Below the pieces are notes generated by a model, which saw only the letters and a program-made list of their open reading frames with translations, made no database searches and was not told the origin of the DNA. A DNA stretch of 64,000 nt from positions 737,660-801,659 of the forward strand of contig NW_019091356.1 of the NCBI RefSeq assembly GCF_001949145.1, in the 5' to 3' direction. Of the stretch, positions 1-14,129 are shown piece after piece. Source of the stretch: Acanthaster planci (taxonomy: Eukaryota). Numbering within the stretch: position 1 is the first letter of the stretch; each line of letters begins with the position of its first letter. The translations under genes were made by a program, and so were the position numbers.

Positions 1-207
1 AAAAGTTGACCATAGAGCAAGGAACACTTAGAATTTTGTAGCAGCATCTGTTGCATAATGGAATTCAGTTTCCAAGAGGAGCAATAAGCCGGGTCGGAGA
101 TTTGGGTGCGCAAGGAATTGTGGGATAGAAATTGGATAAACCATTAAACCTACATGGTGTAGCCATCGGTACGGTATAGTGTAGACCTTGCGTTGCTGGC
201 TGTGCTT

Positions 208-449
208 GGAAATTAACATTATTTATTACCCGTATTGCTTTTTTCTGAAGTTTTAAGATTTGATTTAGATGGCTGATACTACTGTTGCCCCAGACAAGGA
301 TACAATATGAGATATATGGTAAAATGAGAGCGTTATGCAATGCCATTAACATTTTTTGAGGGGGAAAAGTACTTTTAACTTTGTAATAATACCTATATGT
401 CTAAATATAATTGAGGAAATATGACTAATGCATTTATTCCATGTTAACC
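208..449 (-). mobile_element. Decayed LINE ORF2 fragment (post-RT region, L2/Crack/CR1-group-like)
   Basis: Minus-strand translation LTWNKCISHISSIIFRHIGIITKLK, a frameshift, then QKMLMALHNALILPYISYCILVWGNSSISHLNQILKLQKKAIRVINN. This resembles the LxW..HI..K..G.....LY..LI.P.I.YC..VWG....LQKKAIR segment after the RT domain in these LINEs. Confidence 0.8.
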
Positions 450-1129
450 CTAACAGTCCTCAGTCCTCCAACAGGTGAAGGATTGAGGAGTGTTAGGGTT
501 AAGCCATCATCTATGTATAGTTAGCACATGCGCGACTGAAATACCGAATTGGCTTATAGAAGGACCCAAATTTGAGGCACATACACACTTTGGTGCGCTA
601 ACCTTAATACAGTGTGGACTGTCCACAATGCAGAAGAGGAACGTATTCTGTGGACTTACCCACATCTACAACATCTTTCTCCTTCTCTGAAAAAGAAGTT
701 TAGAGGCATTTTGGGGTTACAGTTATCCGTCATAAAAGGAAGAGAAACTGTGAAGGAAACATTTTACAAAAATGCAGTTGAAAAAAATCATGTTCCCAGT
801 TCCAGAAAAATGAGTATTTCCACCAAGTTTTCTTAACTGCATGAAAACAAAGGAATGTCGACATTAGGTATGTAATGTCAATGTTTGTGTTTGGATGGTT
901 GGGGGGAGAGGAACTGAAGCCCACTCCTGACCAATAATGTTTTCATTGCAGTTCAGCCTATATGTAAAGTACCCCCCTGTATGGAGACGTGTAAAAGGGA
1001 GAAAGGAATATACATATTGGATGGATATTGTTTTTCCATAGCTGTATAGTTTTCCAAATATGTTGTAATATTTTATTTGCATGTATGATGTTTCTTGTTT
1101 GTTGGAGAAATTTTGAGAGTCAATGCACC

Positions 1130-4100
1130 ATGGAACAGTCGCAAACAAAAGGACTCAAGAATGGTCTGCCTGAGATGAATGAAAGAGAGTTTTTTCAAGA
1201 GATGTGTAACCTCATCGTCAAGGAAGCCATTGATAAAACAACATCTGGAAAATGCAAGGGTAGGTCAGCCCTTTCTTGAGATATTTTTGCTTTTTAATGT
1301 TTTCACGATCAAGTTGTTGGCCTTTTTGTTGTGCAATAATAGAGTGCTTGCCAGGCTCCAACCTTTCACTGGACCGGCGTACCGCATCCAGTAAAACCTG
1401 CTGCGGGCCACTAAAATGCATTCTTTGACGTGCCTGGTGGGCTAGTAACAAAACACCTACCCGTTTAAAACTGCCTTTTGTCTTATTTTTAAAGATGAAT
1501 AAAGCAAAGGTGTTGTTTCTTCTTTGAAGTTTTAAAATTGACAGCTTGACTCCACAGTAACAGTTACACAAATGAAGTTGAAAAAACAGTCAAAATTAAT
1601 ATTAAAGTGTTTGCGGTAGCACCGTGCAAGGGTATCTCTTTTGTGAGTATGTGCGGTTCCGAAAATAAACATTTCCAACAGTATGCTCTGAAGAGGAACA
1701 TGGGAAGCAAGATGCAGATGATGAGTGAGGTGTGTCAGTCTGACCGTGTCCTTGGTAGGATCCTGAGTTAGCATCCTCTTCACACCTCACCCCCCTTCAG
1801 ACACCATAAGCTGCTCCATTATTGGAATCCCAGCAGTCTACTGATGACGGTCAGAGCGTACTGTCCGAAATGTTCTTTTCAGTACCACACATACTTACCA
1901 TAGAGTATCCTTGCATGGGTGCTTCCGCAGACCTGACCTTTATATGCCACCTTCACCATGAAAGATCACCAGGCAAAGTTAGTTTTGCTAAAAACTAGTG
2001 AAAATTCCTGCAGGTTTGTGAAAAAAATCTGTGAAGTTGCCCAGCGGGGTAGTTAAAAAAAACAGAGCTGTTTTTGTGATGTGAAGTCAGCAAAAGGGAA
2101 TGAAAAAAAGCAACTACAATACTCATATACATGACACGGGAAGAACATGACATCGTTTTGAACTAGGAAATGTACACATGCACATGTAGGGCAAACGAAC
2201 GGAATATGTACCAGTGTTGGTTCATAGGCTGGTTCTCACACCACTGCCTTTTTACACACTCTTCAACTACATGTAGGTGTACACTACTAGACAGATGTTG
2301 ACCAGTGAACGGCCTTGGTCTTGTTTGACCAACAGCACTGATTTGTTGGCATCCCCCCAAAAGCACTGCAGTCAGTCTGCAGCTGGCAGCTTAAAAATGC
2401 AAATCTAGCTGTTTTTGTTCCAATCTAATCACTGAAGGAATTATCAGTTGTCTCCGTCTCAGAAACGAATCCAATGAGTACAGTAAAACTCATTAACTGA
2501 CTGATCGGAATTTTATTATGAATGTAAGTACCATGGTTACTGTAACTTAAACCATAGTTTGAAATACAAAAATAGATGGAAGCGGTAGTTAAAATCTCGT
2601 TAAATTGTATGTACTTCCAGATTGTGATTTAAATGCAAATGTCTAGTGAGTTGTAAATAACATGTTTCCTTTCTAAAAAAAAGTGTCTCAGCGGGTGTTA
2701 AAAGCTGAATAGTAATAAGGATTTTATGAGCTACATGTACATGTACTTCAGGCCAGGATTAGTTTGCTGTGAATCACCCAAATGACAAGGATATTTTTGG
2801 CTGAAAAAAAGCTAATTTACTTTTAAAGACAAGATACAAAATGTGTAATTTCAAAATTCAGCCAAACGTGACAAATTTATGTGTACTCTTCAGAGCTATT
2901 TATGAGATATTTTTGCAGTACTTTTTACTCCAATTTTTTGTCTTTTTGTAACACTTCAAGATCTGGTTCTGGATTGTATTTGCTACAACAAAACTGTGTA
3001 AATGTGCAAAACAAATTCAACTCGGCAAAGTTGCCATGAACTATACACAATATACATGTGTACATTAAGGTCTAGTAAAAATTGAACAGGCTAAAGTGAT
3101 GTTCTTACATCGTCCTGCCATCCTCAAACAGATGTTTGCCCTAACTAAAAATAGATTGGAATTTCGCTTGTAAAGTGCTGAGTTATGCTGACTCATCACA
3201 TTTTTAGATAATTTGTTTTTCAGCTTTAGTTTCTTTTCCTGCAAAGCTTTCTCCCTTTTTTTCTTTTGTTTAGGGTGAAGGTGACAGTGTTCTCAACCAA
3301 TTGTAATAAATTTGCTATTTGAAAAACTTGACTGGCTAAATTGTTCAATGCTTTTATTTTTGAACTATCACAGTCATAGCAAAGTCTCAAAAAGTGTGGT
3401 TATTCCCTTAAAAAAATTGCTGGCAAAATGAAAATGCCTTTTGATATTGTTCTGAAGCATACAACTGCTCAAAAAGTTCTGAGTGAAATCTCTGTCACTA
3501 TTCATGCATAGTGACCTGGTCAGCCAGCATATTAACTACACATCATGCATTTTTTGACTTATTCAATCCTGCAGGTAACTACATGTACATGATTGTCATT
3601 ATTATGGATAAACCGCAGTCGCAAAAATGCATGGGTGTACTGGCCCCTGCCTGCCTCCTAATTGAATTTGGAGTAGGACCCTCCTAATTCAAACATTGAA
3701 ATTAATTATTTGAGTGCTTATCTTGGACCAGGTTTTTCATGTGATGTCTCACTGGATAGCTCATGTAGCATGCATGCCTAGAAAATGATCAGTAAAGTTT
3801 GAAAATCCATTGTTTGAGTTGCCACAACCACAAAGAATGGATATTATATTTGGTACATCTGTACGAAATGCACATCTGCATCATTTACAATGTATTTCAA
3901 CCCTTTCTTTCTCCGCCTTGATTGATGAAAGTCAGGCAAAACCAAGCTACTGACCCAACACACAGAGCCTCTTGAGAACTTCAGGAAGTTGTAAGAAGCC
4001 TGATTTGCATAAAGTCTGTAGGGCAAAGAATTCTTGAATAATAACAACACAAAGATGCCCCCGGGGGAAGGCATGTACTTCGCAATAACAGTGCAGTGCC

Positions 4101-7100
4101 GACAACCAAGTAGCTGTGATTTAACCTTTGACTTTACCCTCATAGTCCTAAATCCCTCACATTTTTAAACGATTAAGGACAAAAGCCCCTGGAGGTTAGG
4201 GTTAAATGTGAAATTGAAATAAAAATATGTGTCTATTTTAGTTTGAATATGGTGCGAAAAGGCTCAGCCGACTTATTTATGCATGTAACTGGTACCCTTT
4301 AAAGTGTTGTTCATCAAATGCCACCTGGCCTCTCTTGCGGAACTTTGTTTTTAACCACTCAGCTGCACCACGAATGAATATTTTTGAGAGGTATGAAAAC
4401 ACAATGTTGTACATGTACCTACCTTCCCTGTTTTCAGATGCCATATAAAAAGAAAGCTGAAATTGTTTGTTCGTTGGCCTGAACCATCCTTGAAAAAAAA
4501 TAAATCAAAGTCATTTTTGATGAACACCTGATGCATGATCAAACTTCTTTTAGAATGGACTGTAATGGCGTAATGGCGTAATTTTTGTAGTGTTTGTATT
4601 GTGATATCTGACAGTGTATAAAAAAGCTGGACACAAGATTAATATGTAGCAGTAAGCTTGAAACGTTTACTGGTCATGGTTATAGTTGTTTTTGGATCAT
4701 TCATAAACCCTTGCTTTGTACACATTAGACGGCTTCTTCTGGAAATGAACGCTAACAAATAATGTAGACTATAAAACATGTTTTTGATTCCATTTCTTTG
4801 ATTTGACATGTAGTGTTACTATGAACTAAGTTTTAAATCTCTCTAATTTGTTGTTGTGGGTAGATGAATTTATTAAAGTAAACAGTAAGTTTTTCTTATT
4901 TTTACAAAAAAAAATTTTCAATGGAGACTGAAGGAGAAAAATGCATTTACTAGTCCCTGAAACTAAAATTGAATTAGTACATGTGTGTTGGACTTCTGTC
5001 ATTGTGAAGTCAAGTGGAAGCAGACAATGCCAAGTTTAATGTGATTTCAAATTATAGCAGTACGTGCTTGTGGCTTAATACAGGCCAACATAATTAGATT
5101 TAGACACAATACATGCCTAAGCCCCTGAAATGGATTTCTGTGTAGTTACATATACAGTATGTGATTTCTGCAAGATCTTTGCTGTCTGTTTTTTGTCTGT
5201 ATTTTTATATCCTTGTACAGGTATGAACAATTCATAGTAAAAAAATATGGTAGAAAAAAAGTGAATCTGTGTGGTTAATAGTGCTGGTTAGTCTGGCAAT
5301 GTTTGCTGGCACTTTTCATTTTTTTCCCTTTAAAAGTGAAAGAACATTAACAAAGTCATGTGCAGCAGAAGTGAACGTAACTCTTGAAAATGTCAGCACG
5401 TTCTGCGTGGTCTCTTACTTGCGGCATTCCAGAAATTAGGGGTCCATTTTTTTTCATGTCGCTGTCACATCTGACATACATGTATGATTTTGTAAGTTTA
5501 GAACACATTTTCTAATTTCCATTAGAAAATTCTGATGATATTTCCAATAACAAAGGTCAGATTAATCAGAGACACAAATATGTCACACTTTTGGACCCCT
5601 AATTTCTGGAATTACCCATATTTTCCTACTGAATATCGCAGTTGATGAGGAGTAGAAAGAACATTATTTCCAATCTGTACACTCACTTTTGATGAAGCAA
5701 CTTAACAATCAATGTCTGTTTTGTATTCGACTCAACACCAGTTTTAAACTTTGTCCATCCACACCTCTTGAGTGAGAAGATCGATCTTGCCATCCGTGAT
5801 GACCCTGCATCACAAGAAGAACTTCTCAAGCTCTGTCAACAGACATTTGATTACAGTGTCAGGCCAGGTAGGATAGAGATCCCAATATGTCCATTAGACA
5901 TTTTTTCTCTTTATACGAATTGTATAAAAATACACACATATTTTTGGAGGGATTTAATATATTTCTGTGAAGACCAGAGAGTGGGAGGTCAAACTGTGAT
6001 TAAAACTGTGTTTATGATGATATTTCTTGTACAAAGTAAATGAAAATCAGAAGCTAAGACTAGATATTCTTGATGTGCACACATGATTGGCTGCGCAGTA
6101 TTTTGTGTGTGTGGGATCTAGCATATGTATGTACTTTATACTGCTTTCCCACTCCCAGGATATTAGTCAACATTCTAATTTAGGTGTCCAAATGATCCAT
6201 GAATTGAAAATCACAGGATGCTGCAGTCACATACTTTTTTCCGGGAACATTTGAGCAACCAAAGAGGTCGTCCAAGATTGCTTATTAGATGTCCAACGAT
6301 ATCCAGCCCCCCCCCCCCCCCGCAAAAGCTTGCAAGCAGACAAAGTGCACCCATGTGCATTGTACATTCAGAAAACGCTCATGAACAGGAAGTAAAGCTG
6401 TGTTGGTTGTTTGTGTTCCAGCCTTTGTGAGGCCAGAATGTATGTTGCCATAGGTACATGTATGAGCTTCGAGCTGGACCAAGAGTGTGCCGTGATTGTC
6501 CTTGTAACAAAGGCTCATTTGGGAATTCCATTTTGCTGGTTCACAAAAGAGTTTGAGATGCAAGTGTTGTATTTGTGTCGCTACCAACAAAACAACTACT
6601 CCCCACCGGCATGACACTTTTCAACCAATGGAAAGGGTTGCTTCAGCTTAAGGCAGATACATCACTACCCTAACAACTACCATTTTTATTCATAATTTTA
6701 TGCATCATATCAATTTTTTGTTGCTGGTTCAGTTCATCAGTACTGTGCCAATGGAAACAGCGACTATGGCAATGTAGGTACGCACCAGCCAGTCCGAGGA
6801 TCAGGTTGCACAATCTTTTCCTTGATCAGTCCATACACGTGCACTCGTTGCATTTGTTTTCATTGGTGCAGTGTGGTTGCTACCTGCCATTCTGTGGGAC
6901 TCCAGGATGTCCACACTGCCCCATAAAAAGGAGTAGAGACAAGTAATTGGTGACAGCAAATAATTGATGCAAATTACATTAAATGCCGCCACAGAAGAAA
7001 AAAAAAGCTCATAAAAAGACCCATTCTGTGACTAATTAAATTACGCTTGCCATCTGCAAATGGGGAGGGTAGAATTTTTAATGCTTCTTTGAGTGGACTT

Positions 7101-10100
7101 CCGGAATATATCAAACTCAGTGCAAGACACAAAGACCTGTGATTTTATTAGTGCCATCAGGAGACCCATTAGGAAGTGGCAACATCAGAAAGTCAAGAGG
7201 AGATTGGTTGTAGGAAAGACAGCACACTGAGTAGCGTTGGTGTTTTCTTCCTTGAGAGCAGGTGCCAGGGTCCATTACATACACTGGTTGGAACAGTTTT
7301 CACCTTGTCATAAGTTGATTTGTGACCAATTGTTTGCATCAATTATCTAAAAAGCATTTTATTGTTCTGTTCAACTCCTTGGTTCCTCCCCTCTCCCGTA
7401 ATGTTTTTCAGGAAGTCTTTCAGGAAGAGCAAACATAGTTGGTTTTCCTAAAATATGATTTATATGGAATTGTATAAATCTCAGACATAATTTTTTTGTT
7501 TCCTCTCTTGATGCGGATTTGTTATATTTAGACGCTTACTACTTCATTTCTTTTGGATAATACTGCTTTGCAAGAACTTAAACTCCACATTCCTTCTTTC
7601 AGGAAAACAAACACTCAGGAACATCGGAGGAACTGCTCATCTGGATATTTTGGTCGTTATTCCCCCCTTCCCCCGAGTTCTCTTTGTCATGCAAATGTGA
7701 CTATGTGTTTGTGTGCAGGTCATCCACGGTTTTTCAACCAACTCTTTGGTGGTCAAGATCTTGTTGGTCTTGCTGGGCAATGGATGACCGATGCTATCAA
7801 CCCCAGTATGTAAGTAATTTGGAAATAGCAGTTTGTAGCCATGGTTCTCCATCTTTACATCACTTGTCACAAGCATTTTTCACATCTTTGAAATTTTTTT
7901 GGCCCATCACCCCCCCCTCAATTTTGCTTTTCCAAGGTTTAGGCCTAAGTTTTGAAGTACCTGTATATGGATGTTTTCCATACCAATGAATTCAGCTGCT
8001 CTTTTTGATTTTTGCAAAATGCTGACATCACATGATTTACACACAGCTACACGTTCGAGGTATCACCAGTTTTTACTCTCATGGAATTGGAAGTACTATG
8101 CAAGTTGCGACAGCTTTGCGGTTACAAATCCGGTGATGGAATATTTTGTCCAGGTGATGTGACATTGTCTAATTCTTATCTTTCCCAGGCACATTGCTGG
8201 TGTACATGTACATCCAAGCAAGCTCCTAGTAATGGTGAACATACATCAGCTAGCAATAATGAAAAGAACAAAGAAAAATTGCAATCAAGTCCTTAAGGAA
8301 AGGACTCTCCATGAACTTGTACAAATTTAGATTTTCTTCAGAGTCAAATAGTTACATCAGCCATTCTGCAACATTTTTGGGAAACGGTTATCATGAAGGT
8401 CTGTGCATGTGTATCAAGGATAAAGATTAACTCGCCCTAAACCACACGTACATGGCAAAAAACTTGGTGCTATTTTACTGACAGTTAATCTTTATTCCAT
8501 TTGTTGTACCTGTAGGTGGATCAATCGCCAACATGTATGCCTTGAATATTGCTCGGTACAAACGCTGTCCAGAAATCAAGCAAAAGGGACTGTACAACTC
8601 TCCAAGGCTGGTAGCCTTTACATCTGAACAGGTCAGAATAACCACCGAAAGACTTATCTCCTAGCCTCGCTCAAAGTCAAAAAACAGTTAGTTATTTTTG
8701 AGATGACAATAATTATAACCGCCCATAGGGTGACCTAAGAAATACAACCAAAAGTGACATCTGATTTTTGCTAAAATAAAGGTCAGAATTTGTTGCTTTT
8801 GGTTTCAAATTGAAGCTTTATGACCGTCTTTGTTTTGTTCTCACCAGAGTCACTACTCACTCAAAAAGGGCATGGCATTCCTAGGTCTTGGAGTTGACAA
8901 CCTCGTCTCGGTCAAGTGTGATCAAATGTGAGAATAATCTTCTTCTGCCTTTTCCATTCTCGTTTTCACAGACCCATGTGAAAGAAGTGTCTATGGTTGA
9001 TTAAGAAATTGTTAAAACCAAGGAGCTAATTTTCATTTAAAGGGAATGACCAGTTGCTCTTCAGATTTGAGAAATATTCCAAATTTAATCATTGGATGCT
9101 CAAGTACACTAAGTGACCTGACAAAACCAGACATTATGTTTGTTTTGCTTCCAACCTTTGATGGTAAAGATGTTGTCATCTACAGTTATTGTCATGATTT
9201 ATTTATTGGATAGGGGCCGGATGATACCTGAAGAACTGGAGAAAGAAATCTTAGAAGCCAAGAATAAGGTGTGTGTTAACTTGCTGCCCATGTAACCTTG
9301 CAGTTAGTACTCTAAGCACTCTAACACTGGTTCCCAGTTTTAAATTGCAAGAACTTTAATGGATTGGCTGGTAGCCAATATTTAGCGGTGAACCCAGGAT
9401 GTATGATACATGCCCGAGCTGAGCATTGTGTAAACATTGGAAATGAACGAAACCACCAAAATACTTACTGAAGATTGTAGTGGCATGTTGACAGCATCTT
9501 TTCACCTTTTTTTTCAGGGAGGAGATCCCTACTTCGTCTGTGCGACATCAGGCACGACTGTGTTGGGAGCCTATGATCCACTCGTCCCCATCGCTGATAT
9601 TTGTGAGAGGCATGGCCTGTGGCTTCATATTGATGTAAGTTTGTCACGTCCTCCACCCTTCCACTGCTTGCAAGAGTGACATACATGCACATTGCCCAAG
9701 GTCAGCAAATAAAATAAGAAACCAATGCTCAACCCTTCAAACAACTTGAGAATGTTTGTTGGTATCTAAGACAAAAATGCCAAATTGGAGCTCAACACTT
9801 CATGTCACTTGTGCTGATTCTGGTTTCTCATTTATCGTAATGGCCTATAATCTTTCTTTTTACTTTTTTTTTTTGTTCTTGTTGTCATCTTGACTAGGCT
9901 GCTTGGGGTGGGGGTGCCCTAGCATCCTCCAAATACAGCCACTTAATGCAAGGAGTGGAGAGAAGTAACTCATTGACTTGGTGCCAACACAAGATGATGG
10001 GGGTTCCTCTGCAGTGTTCTGCTTTCTTGCTTCGTGAGGAGGTGAGGGCTTTTTGTGTAAGGAGCTGTGGAAGTCCTAGAGTTGACTGTGATTCAAGTTT

Positions 10101-13100
10101 TTTCCTATGTTATCGTACCTTACAGGATTCCATGGGTTGGGTTTCTTCATAAAAGTTGTCAAAAAGAGTTGTGCACACAATACTTAAAATAAAGCACTGC
10201 ATTATTGACAATCAAACCCATTAAATCATTACAATTTCTGACAGAGAATGCCTTCATTTTAGTCTTATGCTCATTTTAGTCTTGTGTAGAAACATTCATA
10301 CTAAAAAATTTGAATTTGCCCATTCAACAAATTTGCAATTAAAAGAAAAGCTTCATCCTGTAACTCTGTTTGACATGCTTTTTCTAGTGTGCTAAAAATG
10401 ATGCAAGGCCATATGTAAGTATTAAACCAGGACTTTGTCAGCTTGACTGAGAGTGTCGTGTGTATTTGTCCTAGTGGAACTACATTGTAGTTCAGTGTTA
10501 TTATAATACAGGAAATACAAAGGCACAGAGGGGGTCTTGGTCCTGGGTTTTTCATTGTATTCTTGTATTGGATACCAGTGAACCCTTATAAGAAATGTGA
10601 ACACAGTTAAATGCATCAGTTCTACTGAATAGAAGCCCCATAGGTTACACCAAACGTGATATGATGAATGCTTGTTGTGAAACATAGATCTGTTCAATGA
10701 ATGAGAAGCAGACATGTGCTTTCACACATAGAGCTATGAGAACAGATACGAGGAAAAAGCTGAAAGATTTGCTGGACGTGACAGAAATAAAAATTGCATG
10801 AAGCACCTGTTCACAACCATATTTCAGGATTTTTTCCTGCTTTGAGAAAGATCCTGCTAGGATTAAACGATCAGCCTGTTGGAGAGATTTGTCATTTGCA
10901 TTCTGGTTAAAAAAACAATCAAACTTTGATTCCTCATGCCCCAAACTCACTAATCAATATTTTCAGTGCCACATTTACTGCTGATAAGTCTTGAAGGTTT
11001 GCATGGTGAAGAGGTATAATAGAAAGATTTGTGGTAGCACCATGGACGTATCTCTTTTGTGAGTATTTGTGGTTCTGAAAAGTACCACTGGTTCTTTTCA
11101 AAACTGCAAATACTTACAAAAGAGATACGTCCATGGTGCTACCGCAAACCTGCTTTCTATTACATTTACTGCTGGTTGGCATGTGTCCCTTCCTCACCCC
11201 AACTCCACCCCTGTTATATCACAGTTATATCCTTTAGATAACCAGATGTTTTATTTAGTAACCTTTGTGTTTATATTTTTATCATTTTTTTTACCCTATT
11301 GTCGGTCTCCCACACGATTTGTATATACATGTAACTTAGGCTTTTTACAGCTTCGTTTGAGTTCAGTTCATTTGTTTAAAGTTTAATAATAAACATTTCT
11401 TCCTAATGGTGTAACAATCAATTCCTTTCTGTTTTGTATTTCCTCGTTGATGATAGCAAAGTCAGTTTGTCTCAGAATGTTGAGACATCTTGCATTGATT
11501 TCAAAGAGAGATACTATTTTTTAACAAAATAGCAACATACATGCCATGCAATGGAAACCACTTTTGATTGTATGCCAGCTTTCTTTGTGATCAGAAAATT
11601 GTTTTTCCAAACATTTTACATATAAGGTACCATCAAAAGCTCCACCAGACATGGCCGAGGTTTATAACAACAGTGTATTTACAGTGACTCCGTGAGAATC
11701 CAATTTGGAAGATTTGTTCCCCTATTTTGGATAAGTAACTTAACTCTGAGGATTTCCACTTGATTTTAGGAGGCATTGAAGATACCAATATATACGCTCA
11801 GTAGAATAATTTGTGGAAGTACTTCTCCAAATGTGGCCAGAATTTCACAGCTGAATTTCAGATAGAAGAAACGAAGCAGTCCCGAGGACATTATTGTACA
11901 GCTAGGTTTTAGTCACAAGCTTCAAGTCCTCGCCAGTTAATTGACAGAATTTCTTCTCTCAGAATGGCCTGATGCACCACAGCCACTGTGCTGCAGCCAG
12001 CTACCTCTTCCAAAAAGACAAATTCTACGACATGTCCTACGACACGGGGGACAAGTCCATTCAATGCAGTCGCAAAGCGGATGCTCTCAAGCTATGGTTG
12101 ATGTGGAAGGCTAAGGGCAATAGAGGTTTTGACGAGGAAATTACCCGCAAGTTTGACAACTCAAGGTTTGTTGAAAAAAAAAGCACGCTTAGTCCCACTT
12201 AATCAAGCACTGTTCTTCTCATTAAAAGAAATCTGGGTCATGCTGTAAAGTTGGAGTCCAAAGTGTGAGATGTTTCTGTCCCCTTACACTTGACCTGCGG
12301 TATTTGACAAGGAAGATACTGAAACTGAATTCAAACTATTTGTTTGACAGGTTATTTGTACTCCTTACTTGCTCTGGGAAATGAAAGAATGTGTTCTAAA
12401 CTTACAAAATCATAAACCAAATGTAATTGGGACAAGACGAAATGGACCCCTAAATTTAAAGAATGATCTGCCGTAGTCTGAAGAAAGTCATAAATATGTA
12501 GTAGCCTGCACCTGCTCTGCAGTATTTCAGCAGTCCTACTCTTTGACATATACAAAAAAGCTGGTTGGTGGACAAATGCCAAAGTTCACTTGTCCAAATT
12601 TATGGGCATAATACGAGGCAGGATTTTGTCATCACATGATGTACTGTGAACTGATTTTTAGCTTTGTCTAACTAATGGTTCTGTGATCAACACAGATACA
12701 TGGCCGACCTGATCCGAAACCGAGAAAACTTCAAGCTGCTGCTGGAGGTGAGTTGAGCTGAAATAATTATTGGATATATATTCAGGTCAAAAACATTTCT
12801 CTTTCAAAAGGTTAATGGTGAATATCAACTGGGTAAAGTTACAAAATGATCTATGGAAGTTGCACAGTGCTTAGTGACTTAACTCATTCAATCCAACCCA
12901 TTTCTCCACAAGCCTCAATGCACCAATGTCACCTTCTGGTACATACCACCCAGCCTCAAGGCTATGCCTGATGGACCAGAATTCCAGAGAAAACTTCACA
13001 AGGTAAATTAATCTTAGCCTGAGTCCTGTCCGAGTTTTGTGTTTTTGCTAGAATACACTCGATAAGATAAATATAAAAGTGAAAGTGTTGCATGGTTGAC

Positions 13101-13377
13101 ACTCTTATGACAGGCTTGAAAAATTTATGTTAAATCATTTGTATATCATTGTACATGTATATCCATCTTGGTGCGACTTTTGCAGGTGGCACCCATCATC
13201 AAGGAACGCATGATGAAGAATGGGACCATGATGATCGGTTACCAGCCGCTAGGGGATCACCCTAATTTCATCCGCATGGTGTACTGTAACCATGCCACCA
13301 CAACCCAAGACGTAGAGTGGATCGTTGAGGAGATCGAACGATTAGGTCATGACATTGTCATTCCGGATGAAATCTGA
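1130..13377 (+). CDS. Group II PLP-dependent acidic amino-acid decarboxylase, CSAD/GADL1-like, 13 coding exons, 500 aa
   Basis: GT-AG exons in consistent phase: 1130-1259, 5742-5867, 7719-7809, 8047-8153, 8516-8631, 8848-8927, 9214-9268, 9518-9634, 9898-10041, 11963-12165, 12696-12747, 12913-13002, 13186-13377 (1503 nt). Family motifs: [62 protein letters not shown] (PLP lysine), [31 protein letters not shown]. Exon 1 and the start codon are the least certain. Confidence 0.93.
1604..1942. mobile_element. Non-autonomous inverted-repeat element with a decayed hammerhead-like core (Penelope pLTR-like)
   Basis: About 1609-1690 (GTTTGCGGTAGCACC...CATTTCCAACAGTATGCTCTG) is an imperfect reverse complement of about 1852-1932. 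Internal 10-bp IR at 1725-1734/1781-1790. CTGATGA-stem-GAAA at 1841-1870. Same family as the 11017-11162 hairpin. Confidence 0.6.
5422..5618. mobile_element. MITE (Tc1/mariner-like), copy 1, internally deleted
   Basis: TIRs CATTCCAGAAATTAGGGGTCCA / TGGACCCCTAATTTCTGGAATT; interior aligns with the 28907-29158 copy. Confidence 0.8.
11017..11162. repeat. Near-perfect ~146-bp palindrome, same family as 1604-1942
   Basis: TTTGTGGTAGCACCATGGACGTATCTCTTTTGTGAGTATTTG...GAAAAG pairs with CTTTTC...CAAATACTTACAAAAGAGATACGTCCATGGTGCTACCGCAAA. Confidence 0.85.
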
Positions 13378-14129
13378 GGCCGTTGGCTGACATTTGGTCT
13401 TGATCGAAACAATTACATGACCATGTCAGTGAAGTCATGCACGACCCACTACACACCTGTTGGATACCGTGTGCCTTATCCAGATGACACATCATGGGTA
13501 AATGCATGCTTGTCGAGCGTTTTGTTGCATAACCATCGCTGTGATTGGTCAAAACATCGTGGGGAAGGGTCTCATTGATGAGTCTGTCCCATGAGGAAAA
13601 AAATGCACATCTCAGATTCTAGTCTAAGCCTAATCTATAGTTACAATTATTTGCCAAGTAAGCTTCATTTCAGAATTGTGCACAGCTGACAAATTCATTT
13701 CATTTTTAATATCTTTCTGAACTGATTTTTTTCTGTATTCAACACTGTCAAAGTGGTAATTTGAAAGTTTAACATGAAATGCTGAAGCTGTAAGAAACCC
13801 GTTTTTAATAGTAGATTTTTGCATGGACAGCACGTATGGTATTTAGTGCATATTGCTGGTTTTATCTTAATTTCCTTTCCCTGGAGTAATGTTACATCCT
13901 CCATTTGATACTAAGAAATTATGCACTCATTTACGATCCTTACCTTCCATCCTGCAAAGAAACACACTCTCTTTATTTAGTAAAAATGGATATAATTTAC
14001 TACAAAATCAACCTGGGCTGAACCAAAAACGAACCTTTGAACAACTTATTAAAGGACTTGGGCTTTTTTTTTACTTTTTTGCCAAGAATTCTTCATATTT
14101 CATTAAAATACAATAGTTGCATACTTTCG

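Noticed and set aside
13375..13700. Selenocysteine or readthrough at the CSAD-like TGA
   Set aside because: The protein is complete by homology, another in-frame TGA follows within a few codons, and I saw no convincing SECIS.
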